Source of the DNA: Faecousia sp.
GTDB lineage: Bacteria; Bacillota; Clostridia; Oscillospirales; Oscillospiraceae
NCBI GenBank assembly: GCA_045659925.1
Contig: JAZRCV010000042.1
Coordinates: 4,137-68,136 of the forward strand
DNA: 64,000 nt
Direction: 5' to 3'
How positions within the stretch are numbered: position 1 is the first letter of the stretch; each line of letters starts with the position of its first letter. The position numbers and the translations under genes are program-made. Positions 12,369 through 20,086 of the stretch are shown in pieces. The notes below the pieces were generated by a model. It made no database searches, was not told the origin of the DNA, and was given only the letters and a program-made list of their open reading frames with translations.

Positions 12369-12406
12369 CGGCGCCGTCCCAACATTTTGGGGCGGCGCCG
12401 TGTTTG
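12369..12406. terminator. Hairpin between convergent genes (bidirectional terminator)
   Basis: 12-bp stem cggcgccgtccc / ggggcggcgccg (one G-U pair) with an 8-nt loop. Lies between the rlmH stop and the stop of the minus-strand DUF3343 gene. Confidence 0.65.
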
Positions 12407-12408
12407 CA

Positions 12409-12651
12409 TTATTCAGAAATGATTCTGCACAGGAAATAGTCTTCGCCTTCCACCCGGTAGACGGCTTCGGTGTCTTCGTCCATGCAGTCATAGGAGGGAT
12501 CCTCAGCTTCATAGAATACACAGCTTCCGCAGGAGGAGCTGAGCTTCCTCGGCACCGGGGTCAGGGTGGCGGAAATTCCCGCCCGCTGCAGGGCTTTTCT
12601 CGTCAGGATGGCGGACAGGTGGGTGTGGAAGGTGGCAACGAAGCGCATCAT
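12409..12651 (-). CDS. DUF3343-like small protein (putative Se/S carrier-associated)
   Basis: 80 aa. MMRFVATFHTHLSAILTRKALQRAGI...PRKLSSSCG resembles the DUF3343 family that commonly accompanies yedE/yedF. ATGA overlap with the upstream gene. Confidence 0.6.
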   Translation of the reverse strand: MMRFVATFHTHLSAILTRKALQRAGISATLTPVPRKLSSSCGSCVFYEAEDPSYDCMDEDTEAVYRVEGEDYFLCRIISE

Positions 12652-12851
12652 TTTGTCATCCGCACCAGATAGTCGCCGTCCTGCTCCTGATTGGTCACCT
12701 GATAGCCGCTGTGGGTACCGAAGCGGGTGAGATTCTCCACTGCTGCCCGGTTATCCACCATGATTTCCAGCGTTGCCGGCTTTTCATCCCGGATGGCATT
12801 GCGGGCCATCACCACCGGCATGGGACATACCAAACCTCTTGCGTCAATCAT
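12648..12851 (-). CDS. TusA/SirA/YedF-like sulfur(selenium)-carrier protein
   Basis: 67 aa with the canonical CPxP active-site motif (DARGLVCPMPVV). ATGA overlaps on both sides. Confidence 0.8.
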   Translation of the reverse strand: MIDARGLVCPMPVVMARNAIRDEKPATLEIMVDNRAAVENLTRFGTHSGYQVTNQEQDGDYLVRMTK

Positions 12852-13939
12852 TTTGCAGCCTCCTTCTTATGGAATGTGTAAAGCACAGATACTGCCAAAA
12901 GGACAACGATGCCGATGCCCACCGCGATCTTACCGGGGAGGCCAATGCCGCCTGCACTGTCGGCAGAGGCTGCTGCACCCGCCAGAGAGAAATTATGGGA
13001 AAGAGCTGCGCCGCAGATCATACCAAAGACGGTAATGGCACTATCGCTGTTGCCCTCGCCTGCCAGCACAAGCTGACGCAGGGGGCAGCCACCCAGCAGC
13101 ACAGAACCCCAGCCAACCAGAGCCATACCGAGAAAATTCCAGATATGAACGCTGTGGGCCACAGGCTGAGAAGCGAAGCCAAGGTTAAACTTGGAGAAAA
13201 TCAGATTGCCGATCAGCACCACTGCAAAGATAGCGCCAAAACCATAGAGCAGATGACCGTCCCGGAACAGGATCAGGTCACGGAAGCCGCCCACCATGCA
13301 AAGTCTTGCCTTCTGGGCAGCTACGCCCGCTGCAATGGCAATCACAAAAGCGATCAGGGCAGGGGCATGCATGGAGCCGGGGCCTTCCGTGCTGGCCTTC
13401 AGGATGGTGGGAACCAGCAGGGCAAGGGCCATCAGGCCAAGCATCACCACAGGGAATGCACCGCCTTCGGTCTTTGCAGCAGGATAGGCACGGCGCAGGG
13501 TAAAGCCGCGGTTCAGGAACCAGACACCCACTGCAATACCGGGCACAAAGCCCAGCAGTGCCACCAGCGCATTCAGGTCACCGCCTGCAAGACGCAGCAC
13601 CATACGAAGGGGGCAGCCCAGGAATACCAGCGCGCCGATCATCACCACCGCGCCCAAAAGGAAGCGGATGACCGGGGAAGAACCGGATCGAGGCTTAAAC
13701 TCTTTGCCGATCAGGGCTGCCGCAAAAGCGCCAAGCACCAGGCCGGGGATCTCGGGGCGCAGATACTGCACCTTTGCCGCCCCATGCATTCCAAGAGCGC
13801 CCGCAATATCCCGCTCAAAGCAGGCAATGCAGAAGCCCATGTTCGCAGGGTTACCAAGCAATGTCAGCGCAATGGCCGCAAGACCAATGATACCGCCCGC
13901 GATCAGAATAGATAACGGAAATTTCTTTTTCATGATCAT
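12848..13939 (-). CDS. yedE: YedE-family putative selenium/sulfur-compound transporter
   Basis: 363-aa polytopic membrane protein with paired conserved Cys loops (GFCIACFERD, LGCPLRMVLRLAGGD, GGCPLRQLVLAGEG). Confidence 0.8.
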   Translation of the reverse strand: MIMKKKFPLSILIAGGIIGLAAIALTLLGNPANMGFCIACFERDIAGALGMHGAAKVQYLRPEIPGLVLGAFAAALIGKEFKPRSGSSPVIRFLLGAVVMIGALVFLGCPLRMVLRLAGGDLNALVALLGFVPGIAVGVWFLNRGFTLRRAYPAAKTEGGAFPVVMLGLMALALLVPTILKASTEGPGSMHAPALIAFVIAIAAGVAAQKARLCMVGGFRDLILFRDGHLLYGFGAIFAVVLIGNLIFSKFNLGFASQPVAHSVHIWNFLGMALVGWGSVLLGGCPLRQLVLAGEGNSDSAITVFGMICGAALSHNFSLAGAAASADSAGGIGLPGKIAVGIGIVVLLAVSVLYTFHKKEAAK

Positions 13940-14075
13940 CTTCTCCTTTTCATTATTCTTTTTTAAGAATAACGCATTTCCATATTCTCGTCAAGACTTT
14001 CATGTAGCACAAAAGAAATTCCAGCCGATCGGGTTCGACAGAACTCAGTTTTTTTCCCTTTTCTTCATTCTATTC

Positions 14076-14105
14076 TTGCATGCCATGCGCCCGGTATGAT
14101 ATAAT
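14076..14105 (+). promoter_or_regulatory. Sigma-A type promoter for the MBOAT/SGNH operon
   Basis: TTGCAT, 18-nt spacer, then TGaTATAAT extended -10, about 40 nt upstream of the GTG start. Confidence 0.55.
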
Positions 14106-14147
14106 GTTTTTGATCTTTGCATCCCCCGTGAAAGGAGAAACGCTGCC

Positions 14148-15566
14148 GTGGTATTCAGTTCTCTGGAGTTTATTTTCATCTTCCTACCCATCTTCCTGGC
14201 AATCTATTACTGGCTTCCGTCCCGTCTTCGGAATGCCAGCATCCTGCTGGGCAGCCTGATTTTCTATATTTATGGTTCCTGGCAGAACCCCTTCTACATT
14301 GCCCTTATGCTGCTGTCGATTATTCTGAACTGGATGCTGGCAATGTATGTTGCACCCACCCATAAGGATGGCCAAGGCAACAAGACGCTCCTGATCGTTG
14401 GCATCGTATATCATCTGGGACTTCTGTTCCTCTATAAATACTGCAACTTCCTGTTCACCAGCATCAATTCTCTGCTGGGCTTTGAAGCCGGCAAGGGCCT
14501 GCCCCAGATCACCTGGGCACTTCCCTTGGGCATCAGTTTCTATACCTTCATGCATCTGGCATATCTGATCGATGTATACCGTGGCAATATCAAGCCTGAA
14601 GCATCCCTCTTCCGCTATGCCACCTTTGCCACCTTCTTCCCCAAGCTCACCTCCGGCCCCATCACCACTTATCAGGAGCTGGACGGCCCCCTGTCCCGCC
14701 GCCGCATTGGAATGAAGCGTCTGGACAACGGCCTGCGTGATTTCATCATCGGCCTTGGCCTGAAGGTGCTGCTGGCCAACCAGATCGGCGGTCTGTGGAG
14801 TCAGCTTGGTATGATCGGCTACGAAAGCATTTCCACCCCCCTTGCATGGATGGGTTCTCTGGCCTACACCCTGCAGCTTTATTTCGACTTCTACGGCTAC
14901 AGCCTGATGGCCATCGGTGTTGGTAAGATGCTGGGCTTCCGTTTGCCGGATAACTTCCACCATCCCTACATTGCCCGCACCATGACAGACTTCTGGCGCC
15001 GCTGGCACATGACCCTGGGCGCCTGGTTCCGTAATTATCTCTACATTCCCCTTGGCGGCAACCGCTGCAGCCGCAACCGCCACACCCTGAACCTGTTGAT
15101 CGTGTGGCTGGCCACCGGCCTGTGGCACGGCGCAAGCTGGAACTTTGTGCTCTGGGGCCTGTTCCTGTTCGCCATTATCTATATCGAAAAGAACTATACC
15201 ATGAATGCCCTCACCGGCGATTCCACCCTGTCCCACATTGGTTCTCATGTTTACATGATCGTGCTGATCATGGTTCAGTGGACCATTTTCGCGGTTACGG
15301 ATCTTTCTCAGCTTGGTGTGTATCTTGGCAGACTCTTTGGTATCGGCGGCAATGTGATGGATCCCATGGACTTTACCCGCTATCTTGATACCTACGGCTG
15401 GAAGATGGCAATCGGCATTTTGTTTACCACTCCCCTGCCCCGCAAGCTCTTCAAGCCGATTCGCAACAGCTTCCTTGGCACACTGATCCTGTTTGCCATC
15501 TTTGTGGCAGCTATTTACTGCGTATCCATCGGTTCTAACGACCCGTTCATGTACTTCAATTTCTAA
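14148..15566 (+). CDS. MBOAT-family membrane O-acyltransferase (AlgI/PatA/DltB-like)
   Basis: 472-aa polytopic protein. DFWRRWHMTLGAWFRNYLYIPLGG and GLWHGASWNF contain the MBOAT conserved His. GTG start behind RBS aaaggag. Confidence 0.85.
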   Translation: MVFSSLEFIFIFLPIFLAIYYWLPSRLRNASILLGSLIFYIYGSWQNPFYIALMLLSIILNWMLAMYVAPTHKDGQGNKTLLIVGIVYHLGLLFLYKYCNFLFTSINSLLGFEAGKGLPQITWALPLGISFYTFMHLAYLIDVYRGNIKPEASLFRYATFATFFPKLTSGPITTYQELDGPLSRRRIGMKRLDNGLRDFIIGLGLKVLLANQIGGLWSQLGMIGYESISTPLAWMGSLAYTLQLYFDFYGYSLMAIGVGKMLGFRLPDNFHHPYIARTMTDFWRRWHMTLGAWFRNYLYIPLGGNRCSRNRHTLNLLIVWLATGLWHGASWNFVLWGLFLFAIIYIEKNYTMNALTGDSTLSHIGSHVYMIVLIMVQWTIFAVTDLSQLGVYLGRLFGIGGNVMDPMDFTRYLDTYGWKMAIGILFTTPLPRKLFKPIRNSFLGTLILFAIFVAAIYCVSIGSNDPFMYFNF

Positions 15567-15578
15567 GGAGGCGTCAAA

Positions 15579-16601
15579 ATGAGTTCCTTTTTCAAAAAAG
15601 AGCGCCTGCTTCTTTCGCTGATCGTTGTTTTCGGCATTTTCTTTGGTATCTTTGGCACAATCCTGAAGCATACCGCCTACGCAAATCAGAATATCGAAGC
15701 ACCCGGCATTGCTTTTGGCTTCCTTGCCATGCATGACGGCATTCTCACCGGCGACAGCACCCCTGTCTCCATGCAGCAGCCCCCGGCAGCGGAACCGGAA
15801 CCCGAACCGGAGCCCATTCCGGAACCGGAGCCGGATCCGGATACAACGCCCGAACCTGCCCCTGCTCCCGAACCTGAACCGGAACCCGAGCCTGAAGCTG
15901 CATTCCAGACTGTGCACGAGAGCTACTTCTCCGATGCTCTGTTCATCGGTGACTCCAGAACTGACGGTCTGCGGCTGTATGCCCCCTTTGACGGTGCGGA
16001 TTACTTCTGCAACACCGGCATGTCCGTCCTCAAGTGTTTGGATACCTCTGTGGAATCCGTGGAAGGTGTTGGCTCTGTAACCTTAGAGCAGCTGCTTGAT
16101 CAGCGGGATTACGGCAAGGTCTACATCAGCCTCGGCATCAACGATGTGGGCTATGATCATGAGTACCTTGTGGATTATTACGAGGAGATCTACGATCTGG
16201 TAAGAGAAAAAGAGCCGAACGCCCTTATATACATCATGTCCAGCATGCACGTTGCCAAAGGCCGCGCCATCAATGAGCCCATGTTCGAAAGTGAGAATGT
16301 GGATCACCTGAACGAGCTCTTCGGTGCACTGGCTGACGGTGTGCACAGCTTCTACATTGATGTCAACGAAGCATTCGACGATGAAGAGGGCTACCTCGTT
16401 TCCGATTACACCGGCGACAATGTCCATCTCTACGCAAAATACTATGAGATGTGGGATGAATGGCTGTGCGAGAACGCTGTGGTCGTGCCCGGCATGGCCA
16501 ACCCCGGCACCGAACCGGAGCCGGAGCCGGAACCTGAGCCTGAACCTGAATCCGAGCCTGAATCCGACCCCTCTGAGGACGAGGAACCCCAGGAAACCTG
16601 A
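15579..16601 (+). CDS. Membrane-anchored SGNH/GDSL-family esterase/acyltransferase (PatB/AlgJ-like partner of the MBOAT)
   Basis: N-terminal TM (LLLSLIVVFGIFFGIFGTIL), SGNH block I (LFIGDSRTDG) and block V (GDNVHLY). The catalytic domain is bracketed by Pro-Glu low-complexity linkers. Confidence 0.75.
   Translation: MSSFFKKERLLLSLIVVFGIFFGIFGTILKHTAYANQNIEAPGIAFGFLAMHDGILTGDSTPVSMQQPPAAEPEPEPEPIPEPEPDPDTTPEPAPAPEPEPEPEPEAAFQTVHESYFSDALFIGDSRTDGLRLYAPFDGADYFCNTGMSVLKCLDTSVESVEGVGSVTLEQLLDQRDYGKVYISLGINDVGYDHEYLVDYYEEIYDLVREKEPNALIYIMSSMHVAKGRAINEPMFESENVDHLNELFGALADGVHSFYIDVNEAFDDEEGYLVSDYTGDNVHLYAKYYEMWDEWLCENAVVVPGMANPGTEPEPEPEPEPEPESEPESDPSEDEEPQET
15780..15899 (+). repeat. In-frame degenerate hexanucleotide (gaaccg/gagccg) tandem repeat encoding a (PE)n linker
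   Basis: Translates as PPAAEPEPEPEPIPEPEPDPDTTPEPAPAPEPEPEPEPEA. Confidence 0.9.
16503..16598 (+). repeat. Second in-frame (PE)n/(SE)n coding tandem repeat at the C-terminus of the SGNH protein
   Basis: Translates as PGTEPEPEPEPEPEPESEPESDPSEDEEPQET. Confidence 0.9.
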
Positions 16602-16659
16602 TATCGCAAAAAATGCCGCCCGAAAGGATAGCGGGCGCACAAGGTGTGACAACAAAACT

Positions 16660-16698
16660 GGCGATACTTGCTTTTCACAAGCAGGTATCGCCTTTTTC
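16660..16698 (+). terminator. Rho-independent terminator
   Basis: 14-bp stem ggcgatacttgctt / aagcaggtatcgcc followed by tttttct. Confidence 0.8.
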
Positions 16699-16793
16699 TA
16701 TATGGTATTGCTAATTTCGTGATTTTTAAAAAGTGAGTTCTTATTATTAAAAATCTTTTGAAATTGAACTTTTGCATTTTTTAAGAAAAGCCC

Positions 16794-16822
16794 TTGTATT
16801 TTCACGAAAGCAGGTGTATAAT
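16794..16822 (+). promoter_or_regulatory. Sigma-A type promoter for the thiamine-related operon
   Basis: TTGTAT, 17-nt spacer, then TGtATAAT-type extended -10 (TATAAT at 16817-16822), directly upstream of the first riboswitch. Confidence 0.6.
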
Positions 16823-16837
16823 AATAAGGAACTAAAT

Positions 16838-16925
16838 ACAGGGGAGCTTGTGTTAGCAGGCTGAGAGGAAGTAACCAAACTTCGACCCTATAACCTGATG
16901 CGGATAATGCCGCCGTAGGAAGTCA
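16838..16925 (+). promoter_or_regulatory. TPP (THI-box) riboswitch aptamer, copy 1
   Basis: Contains GGGGAGC...GGCTGAGAGG...CGACCC...AACCTGATgcGGATAATGCCgcCGTAGGAAG. The CTGAGA and ACCTGAT..GGATAATGCC..CG cores are the conserved TPP-binding elements. Confidence 0.85.
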
Positions 16926-16941
16926 TACACAAAGATTTTTT

Positions 16942-16976
16942 ACAGGAGGCATCCGAAAGGTTGTCTCCTGTTTTTA
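16942..16976 (+). terminator. Expression-platform terminator of TPP riboswitch 1
   Basis: Stem acaggaggc / gtctcctgt followed by ttttta. Confidence 0.7.
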
Positions 16977-16991
16977 TTTCACAATCAAAAA

Positions 16992-17076
16992 GCTGGGGAG
17001 CCTGTATGAACAGGCTGAGAGGCAGGTAGTCCTGCGACCCAATAACCTGATCTGGATAATGCCAGCGTAGGGAGCA
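16992..17076 (+). promoter_or_regulatory. TPP (THI-box) riboswitch aptamer, copy 2
   Basis: Contains GGGGAGCC...GGCTGAGAGG...CGACCC..AACCTGATCTGGATAATGCCAGCGTAGGGAGC, a near-consensus THI element. Relative to copy 1 the helix changes ctgg/ccag to gcgg/ccgc, which is compensatory. Confidence 0.9.
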
Positions 17077-17106
17077 TCATCAAAGTGTAAAAAATAAGCA
17101 CTTTCA

Positions 17107-17149
17107 AATGCCTTCGCTGGGGTTTTCCGGCGGAGGCATTTTTATTTTT
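17107..17149 (+). terminator. Expression-platform terminator of TPP riboswitch 2
   Basis: 14-bp stem aatgccttcgctgg / ccggcggaggcatt (two G-U pairs) followed by tttatttttg. The RBS ggagg comes immediately after. Confidence 0.8.
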
Positions 17150-17162
17150 GGAGGTATAAATT

Positions 17163-17465
17163 ATGAAAACAAGTATTGCAATCCAAGTCCTTCCCGTAGC
17201 CCCTAATCAAGATGAACTGATTCGTATCGTCGATGAAGTGATCGCCTTTATTAAGAGCAGCGGCTTACACTGCCATGTAGGCCCCTTTGAAACCACCATT
17301 GAGGGAGAGGATTATGACCAGTTGATGGACATTGTCAAAGAGTGCCAGCACGTTGCCGTCAGAGCCGGTGCGGAGAAAGTTTCTGCTTATGTTAAGGTGG
17401 TTTATCACCCGGAAGGCGAAATACTAACCATCGACCAAAAGATTACAAAACATGCTGAAGCGTAA
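17163..17465 (+). CDS. MTH1187/YkoF-family small thiamine(-precursor)-binding protein
   Basis: 100 aa. MKTSIAIQVLPV...HVGPFETTIEGE...VKVVYH is typical of the DUF77/MTH1187 family. It is the first gene behind the TPP riboswitches. Confidence 0.7.
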   Translation: MKTSIAIQVLPVAPNQDELIRIVDEVIAFIKSSGLHCHVGPFETTIEGEDYDQLMDIVKECQHVAVRAGAEKVSAYVKVVYHPEGEILTIDQKITKHAEA

Positions 17466-18216
17466 TATACCGTCTATTACTGCAGTTGCTGCACTGTTGC
17501 TTCTTTGGCAGTTGGTTTGTGTGCTTGGACTGATCCCACCATATATGCTGCCATCCCCCATGAAAGTACTGCAGGCTTTTGTGGATGAATTACCCTTACT
17601 GTGGGAAAACTCTTTCATTACGCTGCAAGAGGCTTTTATCGGCTTATTGTTTGGGATTAGTGTAGGTTTTCTGGCAGCGGTGTTGATGGATGCCTTTGAT
17701 TTCTTGTATAAGGCATTTTATCCGTTACTTATCATCACGCAAACAATTCCGTCTGTTGCGATTGCGCCGCTTCTGGTGCTGTGGTTTGGCTATGAGATGA
17801 CGCCAAAGATCGTTTTGATTGTCATCTCCACATTCTTTCCTGTAACGGTAGGTCTGTTAGATGGTTTCCGTAGTGCAGATAAAGATGCGATTGGCTTACT
17901 TCGCTCCATGGGCGCAAATCGTCTGCAAATTTTCCGCTACATTAAATTTCCGACCGCTTTGCCCCAACTGTTTTCGGGAATGAGAATTGCAGCGGCATAT
18001 AGTGTAGTCGGCGCAGTGATCAGCGAATGGCTCGGAGGTTTTGGCGGCTTGGGCGTATATATGACGCGAGTGAAAAAAGCTTTTGCTTTTGATAAGATGT
18101 TTGCTGTGATTTTTCTGATCTCCGCTATTTCTCTGGCACTTATGGCTTTTGTGGAGTTTGCGGAGAAAAAATGTATGCCGTATCGACATTTGGATAGACG
18201 AATTAGGAGGAAATAA
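17452..18216 (+). CDS. thiX: ABC transporter permease (NitT/TauT-type, ThiX-like)
   Basis: 254 aa with six TM segments and an EAA-like loop (LRSMGANRLQIFRYIKFPTALPQL). Overlaps the upstream gene by 14 nt. Confidence 0.7.
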   Translation: MLKRNIPSITAVAALLLLWQLVCVLGLIPPYMLPSPMKVLQAFVDELPLLWENSFITLQEAFIGLLFGISVGFLAAVLMDAFDFLYKAFYPLLIITQTIPSVAIAPLLVLWFGYEMTPKIVLIVISTFFPVTVGLLDGFRSADKDAIGLLRSMGANRLQIFRYIKFPTALPQLFSGMRIAAAYSVVGAVISEWLGGFGGLGVYMTRVKKAFAFDKMFAVIFLISAISLALMAFVEFAEKKCMPYRHLDRRIRRK

Positions 18217-19212
18217 ATGAAAAAGTTGATTGCTATTTTTTTGTCCCTCGCACTTGTATTCAGTTTTGCAGGCTGTGGGAGAACTGCTGACAAGATCGAA
18301 GCAGATACTATAACGATTGTTCTGGACTGGACACCGAACACAAATCATACCGGCATCTTTGCAGCTCAGGCAAAGGGATATTTTGAAGATGCAGGACTGA
18401 ATGTCGAGGTAGTTCAGCCCCCCGAAGATGGTGCAGTCACATTGGTTGCATCCGGCAAAGCGCAGTTTGGCGTGTCCTTCCAGGATTCTCTGGCCCCCGC
18501 CTTTGCAGGCGATGCAGCGGTGCCGGTTACGGCAGTTGCTGCAGTGATCCAGCATAATACTTCCGGTATCGTTTCACGAGCCGGAGAAGGAATGGATACC
18601 CCAAAAGGACTCGAGGGTAAAAAATATGCTACTTGGGATTTGGATGTAGAGAAAGCAACCATTCGGGATGTCATGACAGCCGATGGCGGTAATTTCGATC
18701 TGGTGGAACTGATTCCCTCCACTGTTACCGATGAGGTATCTGCGCTGCAAAGTGGCTCTGTAGATGCCATTTGGATTTTCTATGGCTGGGCAGGTGTTGC
18801 ATGTCAGGTTGCCGGGCTGGATACGGATTACTTCGAATTTGCAGATATCGATCCCGTATTTGACTATTATACTCCGGTGATCATCGGCAACAACTCCTGG
18901 CTGGATGAAAACCCTGAAACAGCCAAGGCTTTTCTGTCTGCACTTTCCAAAGGATATACCTATGCAGTCCAAAATCCCAAAGAAGCCGCGGACATTCTGA
19001 TGGAAGCTGCGCCTGAACTGAAAAATAACCGTGATCTTGTATATGCAAGTCAGGAATATCTTGCCGCAGAATATATCGCTGACGCAGCTCGCTGGGGTGA
19101 ATTTGATGCTGAACGCTGGGCAGCTTTCTTTGGTTGGCTAAATGAAAACAATCTGCTTGAAGATGAAATCGACCCTGATTACGGCTTTACCAACGACTAT
19201 CTCCCCGATTGA
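18217..19212 (+). CDS. thiY: Lipoprotein substrate-binding protein, NMT1/THI5-like (ThiY-like pyrimidine-precursor binding)
   Basis: Lipobox LVFSFAGCG. The NMT1/THI5-like region is LDWTPNTNHTGIFAAQAKGYFEDAGLNVEV. Confidence 0.7.
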   Translation: MKKLIAIFLSLALVFSFAGCGRTADKIEADTITIVLDWTPNTNHTGIFAAQAKGYFEDAGLNVEVVQPPEDGAVTLVASGKAQFGVSFQDSLAPAFAGDAAVPVTAVAAVIQHNTSGIVSRAGEGMDTPKGLEGKKYATWDLDVEKATIRDVMTADGGNFDLVELIPSTVTDEVSALQSGSVDAIWIFYGWAGVACQVAGLDTDYFEFADIDPVFDYYTPVIIGNNSWLDENPETAKAFLSALSKGYTYAVQNPKEAADILMEAAPELKNNRDLVYASQEYLAAEYIADAARWGEFDAERWAAFFGWLNENNLLEDEIDPDYGFTNDYLPD

Positions 19213-19213
19213 T

Positions 19214-19948
19214 ATGGAAAAATTAGAAGTAAAACATGTAAGTAAAAGCTTTGACGGAAAACCAGTTTTGCAGGATATATCCATTGAACTGGGCCACGGA
19301 GAATTGGTTTGCTTGCTGGGTGTCAGCGGCGGAGGCAAAACCACGCTGTTTAATGTGATATCCGGACTATTGCGACCTGACCATGGCAAGGTTTTATTGG
19401 ACGGCTACGACATTACAAATCAGCCCGGTCATGTAAGCTACATGCTGCAGAAGGATTTGCTGTTGCCTTATCGAACGATAGAGGATAATGTGGCGCTGCC
19501 TTTGCTGCTGAAAGGCTTGAATAAAAAAGATGCACGCTTACAGGTTTCCCCAATGTTCACACAGTTCGGCTTGGATGGAACACAAGAGAACTACCCTGCA
19601 CAGCTCTCGGGAGGTATGCGCCAACGCGCAGCACTACTGCGAACCTATCTGTTTTCTCAGGATGTTGCCCTTCTGGACGAGCCTTTCTCTGCGTTGGATA
19701 CGCTGACCAAAAGTTCCATACACAGATGGTATTTGGATGTGATGGAGAAAATTCAACTATCAACCCTGTTTATTACCCATGACATTGATGAAGCGATTCT
19801 CCTGTCAGATCGCATCTATCTGTTATCTGGCTCTCCCGGAAAAATCACAGGAGAAATCATCATTCAAGAACCCAAACCTCGGCGCGATGATTTTAACCTG
19901 ACAGCAGAGTTCCTGGAGTACAAGCGTCAGATACTTGCCTTACTTTAA
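19214..19948 (+). CDS. thiZ: ABC transporter ATP-binding protein (ThiZ-like)
   Basis: Walker A GVSGGGKTT, signature LSGGMRQR and Walker B LLDEPFSALD. I chose the ATG at 19214, 1 nt after the thiY stop. Confidence 0.75.
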   Translation: MEKLEVKHVSKSFDGKPVLQDISIELGHGELVCLLGVSGGGKTTLFNVISGLLRPDHGKVLLDGYDITNQPGHVSYMLQKDLLLPYRTIEDNVALPLLLKGLNKKDARLQVSPMFTQFGLDGTQENYPAQLSGGMRQRAALLRTYLFSQDVALLDEPFSALDTLTKSSIHRWYLDVMEKIQLSTLFITHDIDEAILLSDRIYLLSGSPGKITGEIIIQEPKPRRDDFNLTAEFLEYKRQILALL

Positions 19949-20050
19949 AAGCAGGGAAATCCAGATTTTACAAATGCGTGTGTTTTTTCTATTGTCGAAG
20001 TTTTTTTGACCCAAAAGTTATCCACAGCTCTAAAATCGTCGCACAAATGA

Positions 20051-20086
20051 ACGGAGGACTCCATTTCTGGAATCCTCCGTCTTTCA
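20051..20086. terminator. Hairpin between convergent thiZ-like and rluD genes
   Basis: Stem acggaggactcc / ggaatcctccgt (one mismatch) with T-rich flanks on both strands. Confidence 0.55.

Noticed and set aside
12773-13915. 380-aa plus-strand ORF across the yedE region
   Set aside because: The sequence is His/Gln/Ala/Gly-rich and low-complexity. The minus-strand YedE frame has clear TM periodicity and conserved Cys loops.
12409-13939. Search for an in-frame TGA selenoprotein gene or SECIS hairpin near the yedE module
   Set aside because: All neighbouring genes are uninterrupted ORFs ending at ordinary stops, and no split gene pair joined by TGA was seen anywhere in the window.
14184-15917. 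577-aa ORF antisense to the MBOAT and SGNH genes
   Set aside because: This is a shadow ORF. The sense frames carry the MBOAT His motif and the SGNH blocks, and the antisense product is repetitive.
15780-16598. Short tandem DNA repeats considered as a CRISPR-like or intergenic repeat array
   Set aside because: The repeats are 6-nt units lying in frame inside a CDS and encoding Pro-Glu linkers. There are no spacers of unique sequence, no leader and no cas genes.
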